Assembly (NCBI GenBank): GCA_030167865.1
Contig: JALAGF010001633.1
Span: forward strand, 1 to 64,000
DNA from: Craspedostauros australis
Lineage: Eukaryota
Reading direction: 5' to 3'
DNA length: 64,000 nt
The translations under genes were made by a program, and so were the position numbers. The stretch's first letter is position 1, and the number at the start of each line of letters is the position of its first letter. The notes under the pieces are model-generated. The model was given only the letters and a program-made list of their open reading frames with translations. It did not search any database and was not told the DNA's origin. Of the stretch, positions 1-12,392 are shown piece after piece.

Positions 1-729
1 AGAGTGACGATTGGTGGTTGGTCATCAGGCCACCTCGCATTGTGGTGATTTTTTGCCGTGCGATACTGCTGGTGGATTCCTTGCGCTCTACCCTGCAGGC
101 AACTCTCACTGATGGGAATCAAACGCATCACATCGTCAAGAAGGTAAATGGCGTGGGGTCAGGAACGATACTCGATCGTCCCTGGTGGGCTTTTGATGAG
201 TTCAATATAACAGTAGTACAAGCCAACAAACCAGAAGACAAGGACTTGTTCTGCCAACCAAGAAGACGGTGCTTTTTCCGGACCACCGCAGCAAAGTGTG
301 ACGAGAATGAGCAACACCAAAACACTGCCGCAGCGAGGAAATCCCATCTCCACACACGTGACAATGCGGGACTCAGAAATGATCGTTTGCTCTCGTGAAC
401 CAACTCGGCATTCTTGTCCTAGTCGTATGAGTCGAACGTCTCGAATTGGGTGCGTTCCATCACGTGTGGCGAACTGGCAACTGGCAGTTTCTTGTCATTT
501 GCGAACAGACTCCGACACAAAAAACGTGATTTTCTCTTTTTCCGACAACTCCCACGAGAAGAACTCGCCTTCGCCAACTTCACCAACAGAGGACCACAAC
601 AACCCCAAAAACCACACGACAACGATCTGTCATCCACAACCTCAAACTTCGACATCGTCATCCTCGTTCATCCATCTTTGCAACTCCTCCAGACAACAAG
701 CAAGAAGCAAGCAACCCAATACATCCACA

Positions 730-2309
730 ATGTTTGGCAGCATTTTCGGAAAGAAGAAGACCGAGTCGACGGTCTCCAAGAGCTCAACCGTCCGTGCTCC
801 AGCGACAAGCCCACAGGCCACCATCGTGGAGCTCAACAAATCCGTCGAAACCCAAGAAAAAAGGTAAGCACGGGCAATTTTCGTATTGCAACAGAGGAAT
901 TGACGTATTCCAATTTTGAGTCTTGCCCTTCAACCATAAGAGTCTCACCCTTGTTCGTTCGTCTTTCTTCTTCTGCCTTCCGCAACCTTGCGTCGACATG
1001 TTGTCAACGATATGATGTATGGCAACTGTTACCTCTATATTCTGCAACGATGTACGTTGCTCGATGCCCCGCAACCACGACGATCTGTACCGCGATACAG
1101 AGAGAAGCTCTTGGAGAAGAAGATGAAGGATTGCGTTGAAACGGCCAGGCAGAAGAAAGCAAAGGGTGACAAAACGGGTGAGTTTCGGAAAAAAATGCGC
1201 TCGTGTGCGATCAAGGTGCTCTTGACATCTGTGTGTGCATGCACGCGCGCATGCATGCTTGCATGATATCGCCTGTCGTTAACCGTGGAAGAGCGGATGG
1301 TGGCTCATGGGAAAGAGCTGATGGATGGATGTGCACAAGGCAACGGGGATGATTGCGATCAATCACTGTACACAGAATGTGCAGAATGTGCCTTCTATTC
1401 TTGCACAGCGTGATTCTCTATGATGTTGCACACAACCTTCGCCACAAACAAGACTTGAGCTCAACGAACGAATTTGATTTACTTTGCTCTTTGTCGTTCG
1501 CTGCCGCTCCCGCGATAAACGTTGGGTCGCCCCCATCCCATTGCAAACCTCGCGCCCACTTGACAAACCCAACTGCGTCGCTCCTGCGACGCTGCCATGA
1601 CGCAATAACGAATACTCGACACCTTGTTGCTGCTGGAATCGAACGATGGTATTTCCACGTTCCAACCGAATGAATTCATCACCATCGCCGGCACTCGCAC
1701 TGCCGCGGAATGAAACAACGATGCCACCATGGACCGTGACACCGTGCAAAACGACTGAAACCTCCCATCTCTCTTCTCTTCATCATGCCGTTACAACACG
1801 TGCTATTCTACACTACTTACTCTACACGGGAAGGCGCCGTCTTTGCCCTGAAGCTGAAGAAGACGTACGAGGAAGAGGTCAAAAAAATACAAAACGTGAA
1901 AATGACGCTGATGACCCAGGTGATCAACCTGGAGGGTGCTGCCCAGAACGCCGACACGTACAAGGCGTTGCAGCAGGGATCCAACACAATGAAGCAGATT
2001 CGCACCGAGGTCGGAATCGATAAGGTAGATGACGTCATGGATGACATCAAGGAGGAGTTGGTGAATGCACAGGAAATCAACACGGCCATGGCTCAACCGG
2101 TTGATACGCTCATGATCGACGATGAGGACCTGCTTGCCGAGTTGGACGGTCTGGAGGGCGAAGACTTTGAGGCAACGATGCTCAAGCCACCGGCGAGTGC
2201 TGTGGCTCCATTGGACCTGCCGTCTGCTCCAAACGCAAGCCTGCCACCTCTCGAGCAGAAGGAGGAGGATGATCTGAAGAAGCTGGAGGCAGAGCTTGCT
2301 GGTATGTAA
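730..2309 (+). CDS. SNF7: ESCRT-III subunit Snf7/Vps32/CHMP4 family; 3 exons: 730-863, 1101-1177, 1834-2309
   Basis: The spliced product MFGSIFGKKK...TQEKR|EKLLEKKMK...KGDKTG|AVFALKLKKTYEEEVKKIQNVKMTL...IDKVDDVMDDIKEE...DDEDLLAELDGLE...DDLKKLEAELAGM has the Snf7 basic N-half and acidic C-half. Donors are GTAAGC (864) and GTGAGT (1178); acceptors are CAG (1100) and AAG (1833); phases are compatible. Confidence 0.93.
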
Positions 2310-3213
2310 GTGCGACGACTCCTCGCAATTGGAAGTATGACACGGAGTACCCGGATCACCATGCGAGTACTCGTACTTTGTGCGCGAATGTGAGCCTCGT
2401 GAGGGTCTCATGCGTGGCATTCTCCAACAACTCGGCTCAATCACATGGGTACTCCACATGGTTGGTGGTCCCGGCGAGGATATTCATGATCCCATCAGGA
2501 CAGACCAAGACGGTGGCACAATTCTGACCTTGTCCCGAGCTTTACGAACGCTCAACCCTGCGCGCGTGCATTCGCACGTATCCATGCGCGCAAACACAGA
2601 TTATGACTCTTTCGCAAGCCATGTTTCACAGTCGGAATGAAGGACTTTTACCGGACGAGCACCGTTGCACTCATACTTCCGTCAACCAACGAATCAACCA
2701 CACCAACAAACCAAAGAAGATATGGAAACGACAACGATGACAATGACGATAACAAAATTCACATCTATTGTAAACGCATACTATGCAGAAACAAATGACG
2801 TTAGGATTCTCATGATCGCCGCCGCCCATGGTGAATGTGTTTCACCAATTGGTATTGGTGCTGGCACTTTGACTAGTGCTGTGCTCACGATCACAACTGG
2901 AAGAGAGAAGTAGATTCAGATTTACTCTCGACAGTGCATACACGAACTCTATTTATTCGTATGTTCAACGCGATCGCCAGCATATGCTGGTTCTCTTCAT
3001 GCACTCCTTGGATCACTCGTGCTCATACCAGCAGTACTGTTTTACTATGATTGTGCTGCACTTGTAGTGTTGTACCCGTACGATGGTATGTAGGTAATTT
3101 GCAGCACATGGTTTGCGTGCGGGAGTATCGCGTCGGCACTACTTGCGTGACTATGTAACACCCATGCGCATGCACCAAGCGCGTGAAGGTCAAGCCGATG
3201 ATCTTCCTTTCAG

Positions 3214-3234
3214 TCTCTCTCTCTCTCTCTCTCT
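3214..3234. repeat. (CT)n microsatellite in the 3' flank of the EDR2-like gene
   Basis: tctctctctctctctctctct read directly from the sequence. Confidence 0.9.
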
Positions 3235-3285
3235 GTCCACATGGGTATTCGGACCCTGCGTTGCTCGGCATGCGTTGTTGTGCCA

Positions 3286-4679
3286 TCATCCGATCGTAAC
3301 CGCCTTAATAGGATCGGCTCGGTGGATGCGGATGCTGCCCATCATCTGTTCTGGCAGTTCTTCCGGTTCGTTGGCCTGGATGACAAAGCCGATGTCCACA
3401 GTCAGCGAACTCATGTACCGGCGACACACGGAGACGATCCGCTTTGCGGTGCTGGAGGAATTGCCAATATCCAGATCCGCAACCAGGAATCCCGCTTGCG
3501 ATGCACCCGTTCCTGGCATGTAGCTGTACTTGATGGGCAGTTTCTTTCCGATGATGGCCGGTTTTCCCGTCACCATCTGCCGCACGATCCAAGGCCCCTC
3601 GGCGACGTAGGGGATGAGTTTCAGACGCTCGTTTTTGTATGCATCATCGCCGGCGAGCCACTTTGCCAGCGTCGCCTCGGCGGGTGAGAAATCGTTCATG
3701 GACGTCTCCACGGCCTTGTTGGGGTCCATGAAGTCCGCGAGCTTCGCAGGCACCTCAAAGTACTGCACCAGGACCCCCCACGGAAATGTGAAGCGGACCA
3801 AGAATGAGGGTGCTTTTCGCAATGATCCGCCGAGAACGCCTTTGATGTTTCTGGGATGACAACGGAACGTGATTTGCGTTTTCATTTGCATTTACCGAGT
3901 GCGCGCAACATTGTGTGAGCGATCTGTGCAAAAATGCGGGCCATCAGCGCAGCACAAACCGTGGCTGACAATGATTATTCCAACAGTAGCAGTGGCAAAT
4001 ACTTGATCACTCCATTGTCCGCACGACACGACCTGACGCAATCTGTTACAACCGCAATGAATTGAGGCAACACGGCACCATTCATGCACATGATATGAGA
4101 CGACAGGTGAACTCACTCTCCGATGATGCATTTCTGAGGATCGTCCGACAGGAACAAGTCGCAGCCTCTTGCTCGCAGCAGGTAATTGCCGGACTGGATC
4201 TTCTTCTTGTCGTGCAAGTAGTTGGGACCACGCACGCGAAAGATGGACACGGACGGCTCGCTCCAGCAATTGGTGTCTCTGGTCTCGGCCACGGGGAATC
4301 TGGGCATGGTCGGCAACGCGGCATCATCATCATCATCGTCCTCCGACGGCTCTGCCAGAACGTGTGCGAGATCGGCATCCGTGATGCCGCCGCTCTCCGC
4401 CGTATCGAACGGATCCGACATGGCCCTGCGATGGCCTCGCCGATCGGACCTCTTCTTGTTCTTGCCCGCCTCCGCGCATCGTTCGCTGTCCTCGTTGTTC
4501 TCCTGCGTGGCGAGTTCGTCGTCGATGCGTTCCGTGTCCTCGAAGGCGTCCATGAGCTGCATGCCGTTCTCCATGGTTTCGGAGAACTTGCGGACGGAAC
4601 GTTCCTGCGAACGCGATCGGAGGACGGATGGTGAGCCCATGGTGCTTGATGATCGTCGTGAGACGCTGGCTCTGGTCAT
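3286..4679 (-). CDS. EDR2 C-terminal domain (DUF1336) protein; 2 exons: 4679-4117, 3850-3286
   Basis: Motifs WSEP..FRVRGPNYLHDKKK, ERLKLIPYVAEGPWIV, KPAIIGK, DLDIGNSS and VDIGFVIQANEPEELPEQMMG are typical of the family. A GTGAGT...CAG intron (4116-3851) joins the two ORFs in frame (IIGE|NIKG). Confidence 0.88.
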
Positions 4680-6330
4680 GCTACTTTCTGGTTTGTGTTT
4701 GTCTTCTCTTGTGCCGCGTCGCCCGTACGCTGCGCTGATGTGTGCGTTTGTGTGTTTTGATTGCTCAACTGTCTTTGAACCTGCCTTGTTTGTTGGCGAG
4801 CTGTCTCTACAGAGTGTCGTATCCTGTTGTGCTGTATAGTATAATATGATTATATGAGTCTTCCACTCTCAATACCAATACCAATAGCAATGCCAATAGC
4901 AATGCTCTGGTCCTCCAACGCTCTGATGCTTCTGCACTTGTGATGGCGTTTCTCACTGCCTCTCTCTTTCTCTCTGCTTGTGTCTTGCGTCGGTGGTTGG
5001 TCGATCCCTTGGGTTCCTCTCCTCGTGTGCGAGCCACGAGCCGAAGTGAGAATGATAAAAGTGTTCTGAGTTTTGTGGGTGCTGGTGTTTCGCGGACGCC
5101 TCTTCTTGGTGATTCGATTGTGTTCCCTCCGTCTTGTTCGGCTCAGCTCAACTCTTCTCACAGACCAACCCAAGAGAGGAGTTCTGGTGTGTGGCCTTTT
5201 GTTCGTGGTGTGGATCTTGCCGATGTCGGCAGCAGACTTCACGTCTCGGTTGTCGTGGCAAACTGGGCGGACGCTTCGACTTGATCACAACCCAGCCCTG
5301 GTGACTGTCCAGACACCGGATCAAGATCGCTTGTGCAAACACACAGAGACACGCAGAGAGGGCGCTGCGGAATTCAGCGCTCAACTTGAACGTGCCACTT
5401 TGCTCGTGATCGTATCAATGCGAGGGTGTGACCAGCGAAGTGGAGTATTCGAGTATAGTACTCGATTTGTTCTTGTCCCTATTTGCTCCGACGTGCGCTG
5501 CGATGATGGATGATACAGCGAATCAACTTGGCAATGTTGCTGGGGTGCCTCTGTGCGTGTCCTCGACCCGTTTCTTGGCGCAACACGGTGGCAGCGATTG
5601 CGACAATTGATGTGGCACACAGGCGCTGTTGACCGTGACGAGATGAACAACAACGCAAGCACACCAAAGACAGAGAGAGGGGGAGAGAACGACGACGAAG
5701 CAGAAACAACAACGGCTATCGTGGTGGCGGCTCGGTTACGGACACGCCAGAACCGTGGAACGCACGACCGGCACCCCACAAGCACGCCTTTTTTGTGCGT
5801 GAAAACATGTGTCCCCCTTTTATCTAAACGTTTCGACCAGTCCCACGATCTTGCGTCAGACATATTTAGGGGCATTCGAAGGGAGCGGAGTATCTACCCC
5901 CTTTTGGGTTCGCATGTCAAGAACGCAAATACACGTTTTGGGGGCGAACAACAGACGAGCCGCAGTTGGGTCGGATTGATCGATTGAAAATGTCCCAAAG
6001 ACACAGCATTTGTGTCTGCTGCATCTGCCGATGTGCCAACAACCAAGAAGCAGCGAGACCGGCACCATGACCATGGTGGCCTGTGAGGCAGAAAGATCAT
6101 GCACCCAACCGCAACGCTCGGCTCCAACACAAGCACGAAGGAAGATCATCAAGGGGGGCACGAGTAGGTCGTACTCCATCTTCTCTCCGGAGTCATCCGC
6201 AGACTGTCTCACCCACCCACACTCGCACGACAAAGCAAGCGCTGCACCCAACCCTCAACGTGCTTGTTCTGTTAAGCAACAAGAGCATCAAACAACAACA
6301 ACAATCGCAGCAGCAACAGCGACTTGAATC

Positions 6331-9300
6331 ATGCTCACCAAGTTCGAATCCAAGTCCGCCCGCGTCAAGGGGCTCGCCTTTCACCCCGTCCGACCGTGGG
6401 TCTGTGCGTCCTTGCACAACGGTGTCATTCAATTGTGAGTATGGTTTGCTTGCGAGCATTATACTCTGCAAGAGTTTAGGTGTCGACGATTCATGCACTC
6501 TGACTTTGCCGGCGCAACATCGATGGGCCATGGATCCCTGGATTCCTGGAGCCAAGCAGCAGAGGCACAACTGCCACCGCTATTCACACCATCCGATAAT
6601 TTCACTCCGCTTGCGATGGCCTGGATTGGCTTGGCATGGCATTCACTGATTCCCTCCAACGCAATCCAACACACTCCAATCCAACCCAACACTCACACGA
6701 CCACCCATTCGATCGCTCTACTCCATTCGTCAATGGTATCAACTTTGCCGACTCTGTCAACTCTGCCAACTCTTGTGATGATGAATGCAGATGGGATTAC
6801 CGTGTGGGAACGGTCATCGATCGCTTCGAGGAGCACGATGGCCCAGTCCGAGGCGTGGATTTCCACACTCAGGAACCACTCATCGTGTCCGGTGGAGATG
6901 ACTACAAGATCAAGGTCTGGGACTACAAGCTGCGCCGCTGCCTCTTCACCCTCCTGGGTCACTTGGATTACATCCGCACCGTGCAGTTCCACCCCAACGC
7001 CACGCAATTCCCATGGATCCTCAGTGCCTCCGATGATCAGACCGTGCGCCTCTGGGACTTCCAGCGACGAACCTGCCTCAGCGTCCTCACCGGCCACAAC
7101 CACTACGTCATGTGCGCCGCCTTCCACCCATCCGAGGACCTCATCGTCTCTGCCAGTCTGGACCAGACCGTCCGAGTCTGGGATACCAACGGACTGCGCA
7201 AGAAGCAGATGGGCGAACCGGCCGTCATGGACCCCATGCGTGGAGGTACTGGTGGATCATCCGCCGCCATGAACGTCCAGCAGGAGCTCTTTGGAACCAA
7301 TGACGTCGTCGTCAAGTACGTCCTCGAGGGACATGACCGCGGAGTCAACTGGGCCAGCTTCCACCCAACCCTGCCGCTTCTCGCATCCGCTGCCGACGAC
7401 CGTCAGGTCAAGCTGTGGAGAATGTCCGAGACCAAGGCCTGGGAGGTCGACACCCTGCGCGGTCACGCCAACAACGTGTCCTGCTGCCTCTTCCACCCCA
7501 AGCACGACCTCGTCATTTCCAACAGTGAGGACCGCAGCATCCGCGTCTGGGACGTCTCCAAGCGCGTCGGCGTCCAAACCTTCCGTCGCGAGGGAGACCG
7601 ATTCTGGATCCTGGCCGCCCACAAGAACCAGAACCTTCTTGCTGCCGGTCATGACTCCGGTATGATCGTGTTCAAGCTGGAGAGGGAGCGCCCGGCCAGC
7701 GCACACGGACCCACCAACAAGCTCTACTACGTCCGCGGCCGCGAGCTCTTCCTCCACGACTACGCACGTGGACAGGGCAGCATCTCTGGTGTCGACGTTC
7801 CAATCGCATCCCTGCGCCGCGTCGGCCAGCAGGCCCAGACCGATGGCATCGGATCTGCCCCACGTTACCTGGCCTACAACCAGCACAACCCAACCGAGGG
7901 CAACATTCTGGTTTGCAGCGACGTCGATGGCGGTACCTACGAACTCATCACCTTCTCGTTGACCAACGCGAGCGGCAGCGTCACCGACGGCAAGCGCGGA
8001 TCCTGCCTGGGGCCCGCCGTCTTCCTGGGTCGCAACCGCTTCGCCGTGCTCGATCGTCACCAGCGCCAGATCGTCATCAAGAACCTCAACAACGAGACCA
8101 CCAAGCGCGTGCAGCCACCGGTTCCAAATGTCGATGCCCTGTTGGAGGGAGGCGCCAGCGGCCGCATCATCCTGCGTGCCGAAGACAGAGCCATTCTGTT
8201 CGAGGTGCAGTCCCGCCGCGTTCTCGGTGAGATCGCCGCTCCGAAGATCAAGAACGTGGTCTGGAGCCCCGATGGATCCAAGGTCGCCATCCTCTGCAAG
8301 TACGGCGTCGTCATCGCCAACCGCCAATTCGAACAGCTCTGCAGCATCTCCGACAACGTCCGAATCAAGAGCGGATGCTGGGACGTCTCCCCATCCGGCG
8401 GCACCAGCTCCGAGCTCTTCATCTACACTACCTTGCACCACGTCAAGTACTGCCTCCCATCCGGAGACACCGGCACCATCCGTACGCTCGACCTTCCGCT
8501 CTACGCCATGCGTGCCGTCAAGGACCAGCTCTACTGCCTTGATCGCGAGGCCCGTGCTCGCATCATCAGCATCGACACCACCGAGGCGCGCTTCAAGCTG
8601 GCGCTGGCCAACAAGAAGTACGGCCAGGTCATGCGCATGGTCAAGAACAGCAAGCTCTGCGGCCGCGCCATCGTCGCGTACCTGCAGCAGAAGGGCTTCC
8701 CAGAAGTTGCCTTGCACTTCGTGCAGGAGCCGAAGACGCGATTCCGTCTCGCCCTTGCCTGCGGAGACATCGAGGCCGCCATGGAGTCTGCCTTCGCCCT
8801 GGAGCAACAGTCCGAATCCGGCCGCGACATCTGGGGTGAGCTCGGTAGCGAGGCCCTGCGTCAGGGAAACCACCAGGTCGTGGAGATGAGCTACCAGCGC
8901 ACCAAGGACTTCGACCGTCTCTCCTTCCTCTACCTCATCACGGGAGACACCGAGAAACTCCGCAAGATGCTCAAGATCTCGAACATGCGCGGCGACGTCA
9001 TGGGTCGTTACCACAACGCGCTACTGCTGGGTGACGCAGCAGAACGCGTCGCCGTCTTGGAGTCCAGCGGTAATCTGCCATTGGCATACATCTGCGCCAG
9101 CATCCACGGTCTGACCGATGATGCCGATCGCATCAAGATCGCCATCGAGACCAACGAGGGCGATGTCGCCACTCTCGCACAGCGTGTCGAACAGGCCATC
9201 GGTGCAACCGACAAGAGCGGCGGACGCCTGCTCCAACCACCCACGCCGATCTTCCGAGCCGACAACTGGCCAACGATCGAGGTGCAGAAGACCACTCTCC

Positions 9301-10538
9301 AGGATCTCTCCGCCGCAGAGCCAGAGGAGGCCGACGACGAGCCGGCACACGGAACTACCGATATGAATGCCAACGTTGCCGACACCTGGGATGACGATGA
9401 TGGTCTTGGTGACGTGGGCGCCGGACCAAGCGGCGTCGCTGCCGCTGCCGACGATCTCGACTTCGGTGACGACGATGCCTGGGATGACGATCTGGGCGAC
9501 CTTGGCGATGACTTCGGAGGCGCAGATGAAGCCGCAGAAGTTGATGAGATGGCAGGCCTTGCCGATCTCGGCGACGATGCCGGATTCCAAATGCCGGTCG
9601 CCGGACGTCCGCCAGCCGGGTGCTGGGCTGCCAACAGCTCGCACGCTGCCGATCACATCGCAGCAGGAGGCACCACATCTGCCATGCAGCTGCTCAACCG
9701 TCAAATTGCCGTCTCTGATTTCGCCGTTGTCAAGGAGCCCATGCTGGGCTGCTACATCGGTGCCATGATGAGCGTGCCAGGAATTCCAGGCAGCTCTGCC
9801 ATGCAGATGCCCCTCATGCGAAACGACACTGTGGGACACCCAGGCAACGAGAGTCTGCCACGCATGTACCTCAGCATGAACCACCTGATCGCTGGCATCC
9901 GCAACGGATACCGCTTCTTCCAGGGTGGTAAGTTCAACGATTCCCGAGCCGTCTTCCAAGACGTCCTCGCCAAGATCCCATTCGTCGTCACCACCGGTCG
10001 TCAGCAAGAGTCCGAAGTCAAGGAGATGGTCGTCATCTGCAGAGAGTACATCACCGCCATCCGCATCAAGGGCGCCATGTCCGAGGCCGCATCCGACCCC
10101 GTGCGTGCCACCGAGCTTTCCGCATACTTCACCCACTGTAACCTGCAACCGGTCCACCTGCTGCTCGCGCTCCGATCTGCCATGGGAACTGCCTTCAAGC
10201 ACAAGAACTACATCGTCGCCGCCAGCTTCGCTAGACGCCTGCTCGAGCTCCCGGACATGAGCAGCGAGCGCAACGCAGATCTCCGCAACAAGGCTATGAA
10301 GGTCCGACAGAAGAGCGAGCAGATGGCACGCAACGAGCACGAGCTCAACTACGACGAGACCAGGACCTTCAAGATCGACTGCGAGAAGTTCGTCCCGATC
10401 TACGCCGGCGAACCGTCCGAGGTTTGCCCGTACTCCGGATCCAGCTACTCCGACCCAGCCATGAAGGGCAAGATCTGCGCAACCACCGGCTTCACAACCG
10501 TTGGCACTCAAACCTTGGGTCTCGTGACAGGATCGTAA
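6331..10538 (+). CDS. COPA: Coatomer subunit alpha (alpha-COP); 2 exons: 6331-6434, 6791-10538
   Basis: The N-terminus [19 protein letters not shown]...[15 protein letters not shown]...[10 protein letters not shown] is diagnostic. It is followed by WD40 repeats, a coatomer WDAD region, an acidic linker and the COPI_C region ([15 protein letters not shown]). The intron is GTGAGT(6435)...CAG(6790). Confidence 0.98.
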
Positions 10539-12392
10539 GCCTTCTCCGAATAGCAATAGTATTTATACCCCGAAGTATTCCGCACCGCACTGCGTATTCT
10601 AATCGGTAACATATCTAGAGCAGAATCATACCACCCAACGAGTATAGAAAGAGAGAGGGCACACGAAGACTCTGTCAAAGATAGGAGCTGGAGTGTGGCT
10701 GACGATGATCTCTGGGCAGCATAGTAACTTTGGTACATGGCTGTTTCGGATGATGGTCGTACGTACCTACTGGAGTGCGTGGTCGGAAGTGTGTGCGAAG
10801 CAAAGATCAGCCTTCACGAAGTCAACAGCATGCCACCTGCATGCATTTTACTATTAGTAGTCGTATGTCTAATGGTATCACACGGATAGACATCCGGACA
10901 TCTTGCTGGGCACTCTAGTCCGCTGTGGAGTGCTGCTGCTTTCTTTCGGGAACATGGTCGACAGCCATGACCAGCGGCGCAGTTGCACGCAGAACGCGGC
11001 ATTCCCCCATTTGCTCAATTCCGCAACTCGAACGATCTACGTACACAAGTGCGTCACGGAAGCACGAGAAGGATCTTGCGACGTGTCTGTGGTTGGCCCG
11101 CCTTGCTCAATTTTAATTGGCTAATAATTTTGTGGACGTGGGACATAACAAAGCAATTTTGGTGGCGATCTTTTTGCCATTGATCGCTTCACCAAGAAAA
11201 TAAAATTCGCCCACCACACAGCAAAAGGCGTTGGTCTTGTCACACATTCTCATCCTCTTGGTGCCTCGATCTCTTCCGCTCACTCTCTTGGCGAACACAG
11301 ACACAAGGAGGTTCCGCGCGATCGATCCACACAGAGAGGAAGGATCGGCAACATCTTTCGATCCTTTGTGTTGTCTTGGGTGATCGATCGGTCGTCGGCA
11401 GAAGGAGCTCTTGGGGGGAGAGTGAGAGAGGCAGGAACGCAGGAAGGGAGGAAGCAGGCAGTACGGCCATAGTGGAGGGAGGTGCACCCGCCCCGCCCCC
11501 ACTCAGAGACAAGCCACCATGACCAGCCTTCCACCCTACTCGACGTATCGGACGGACAGCACGGTGCGTGACATTGGGACGATACGTGGTGGTGGTGGTG
11601 TTGGTGACCTTGCGACCGCGAACTGTAAAACGATGCGACGACGCTTCGCATCGCAATGACGTGCGCCTTGACGGCCACGAGGCCAGAGATTCCGATCGAT
11701 CCGATGGAGGCAGCAACCTCAGCATGCAAGCATCCCGTTCCATGCAACGCAAGACCACGCAAAGACAACATCAGGCCAACCTCTTTCGAGGAATCGAACA
11801 ACAATTCTACAGCAGCAAAGCGACAGCCATTGGCGCCCATTGCCGAAAAAGATTCGGAACGCTTGGTGTTGTTGGCGCACTTTGCGTGGCGGCGCGTCAT
11901 GTTGGTTGGTCTTTGTTGCCTTTCCTCGTTGTTCGGAATGCGGCACGATTCACATGGGACTCGACACGGATCATCTTCCTTTCATCGAATGCACTTTTAT
12001 CAACGACTCGCATCGTGACACTGGAACTATAAGTTTTCACACACTGAAGTGTCACATGAGACAATTCACATCTGGTCGTGCCACCCTGAATCAATACTCA
12101 CATACTTTCGCGCTTTGTTTTTTGGCCATTCTTTCTTACCTCCAAATTTGCTGTGTGTGTCCGGGTTGATCTATCTGCGGCTGCTCCTGCGGATCATCAT
12201 CTCATGGGTGAACCTTCGGCAATGGGGCCGCTCACATGGTGCCAACACTCCTTTTCACTACCTGCGCCGTTCTGGTATGGTATGGTGATACATGTCGCCG
12301 CACTGGATGGTGCTACTCTGTGCCATGCACACGGCATATATGTACGAAATGATTAACATACGGCCGTGTACTCTTTTGTCGGAGAACAGAAG

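Noticed and set aside
1-403. Short ORFs at the left edge, including a signal-peptide-like 64-aa ORF and a minus-strand ATG near position 40
   Set aside because: There is no recognisable homology. A gene may begin here and run out of the window, but the sequence shown cannot support it.
7257-10556. Long antisense ORFs (585 aa and 511 aa) opposite COPA, and similar ones opposite SPT6, DusA, OTU and USP32
   Set aside because: These are shadow frames caused by strong C/G third-position bias of the sense gene. They have no recognisable motifs.
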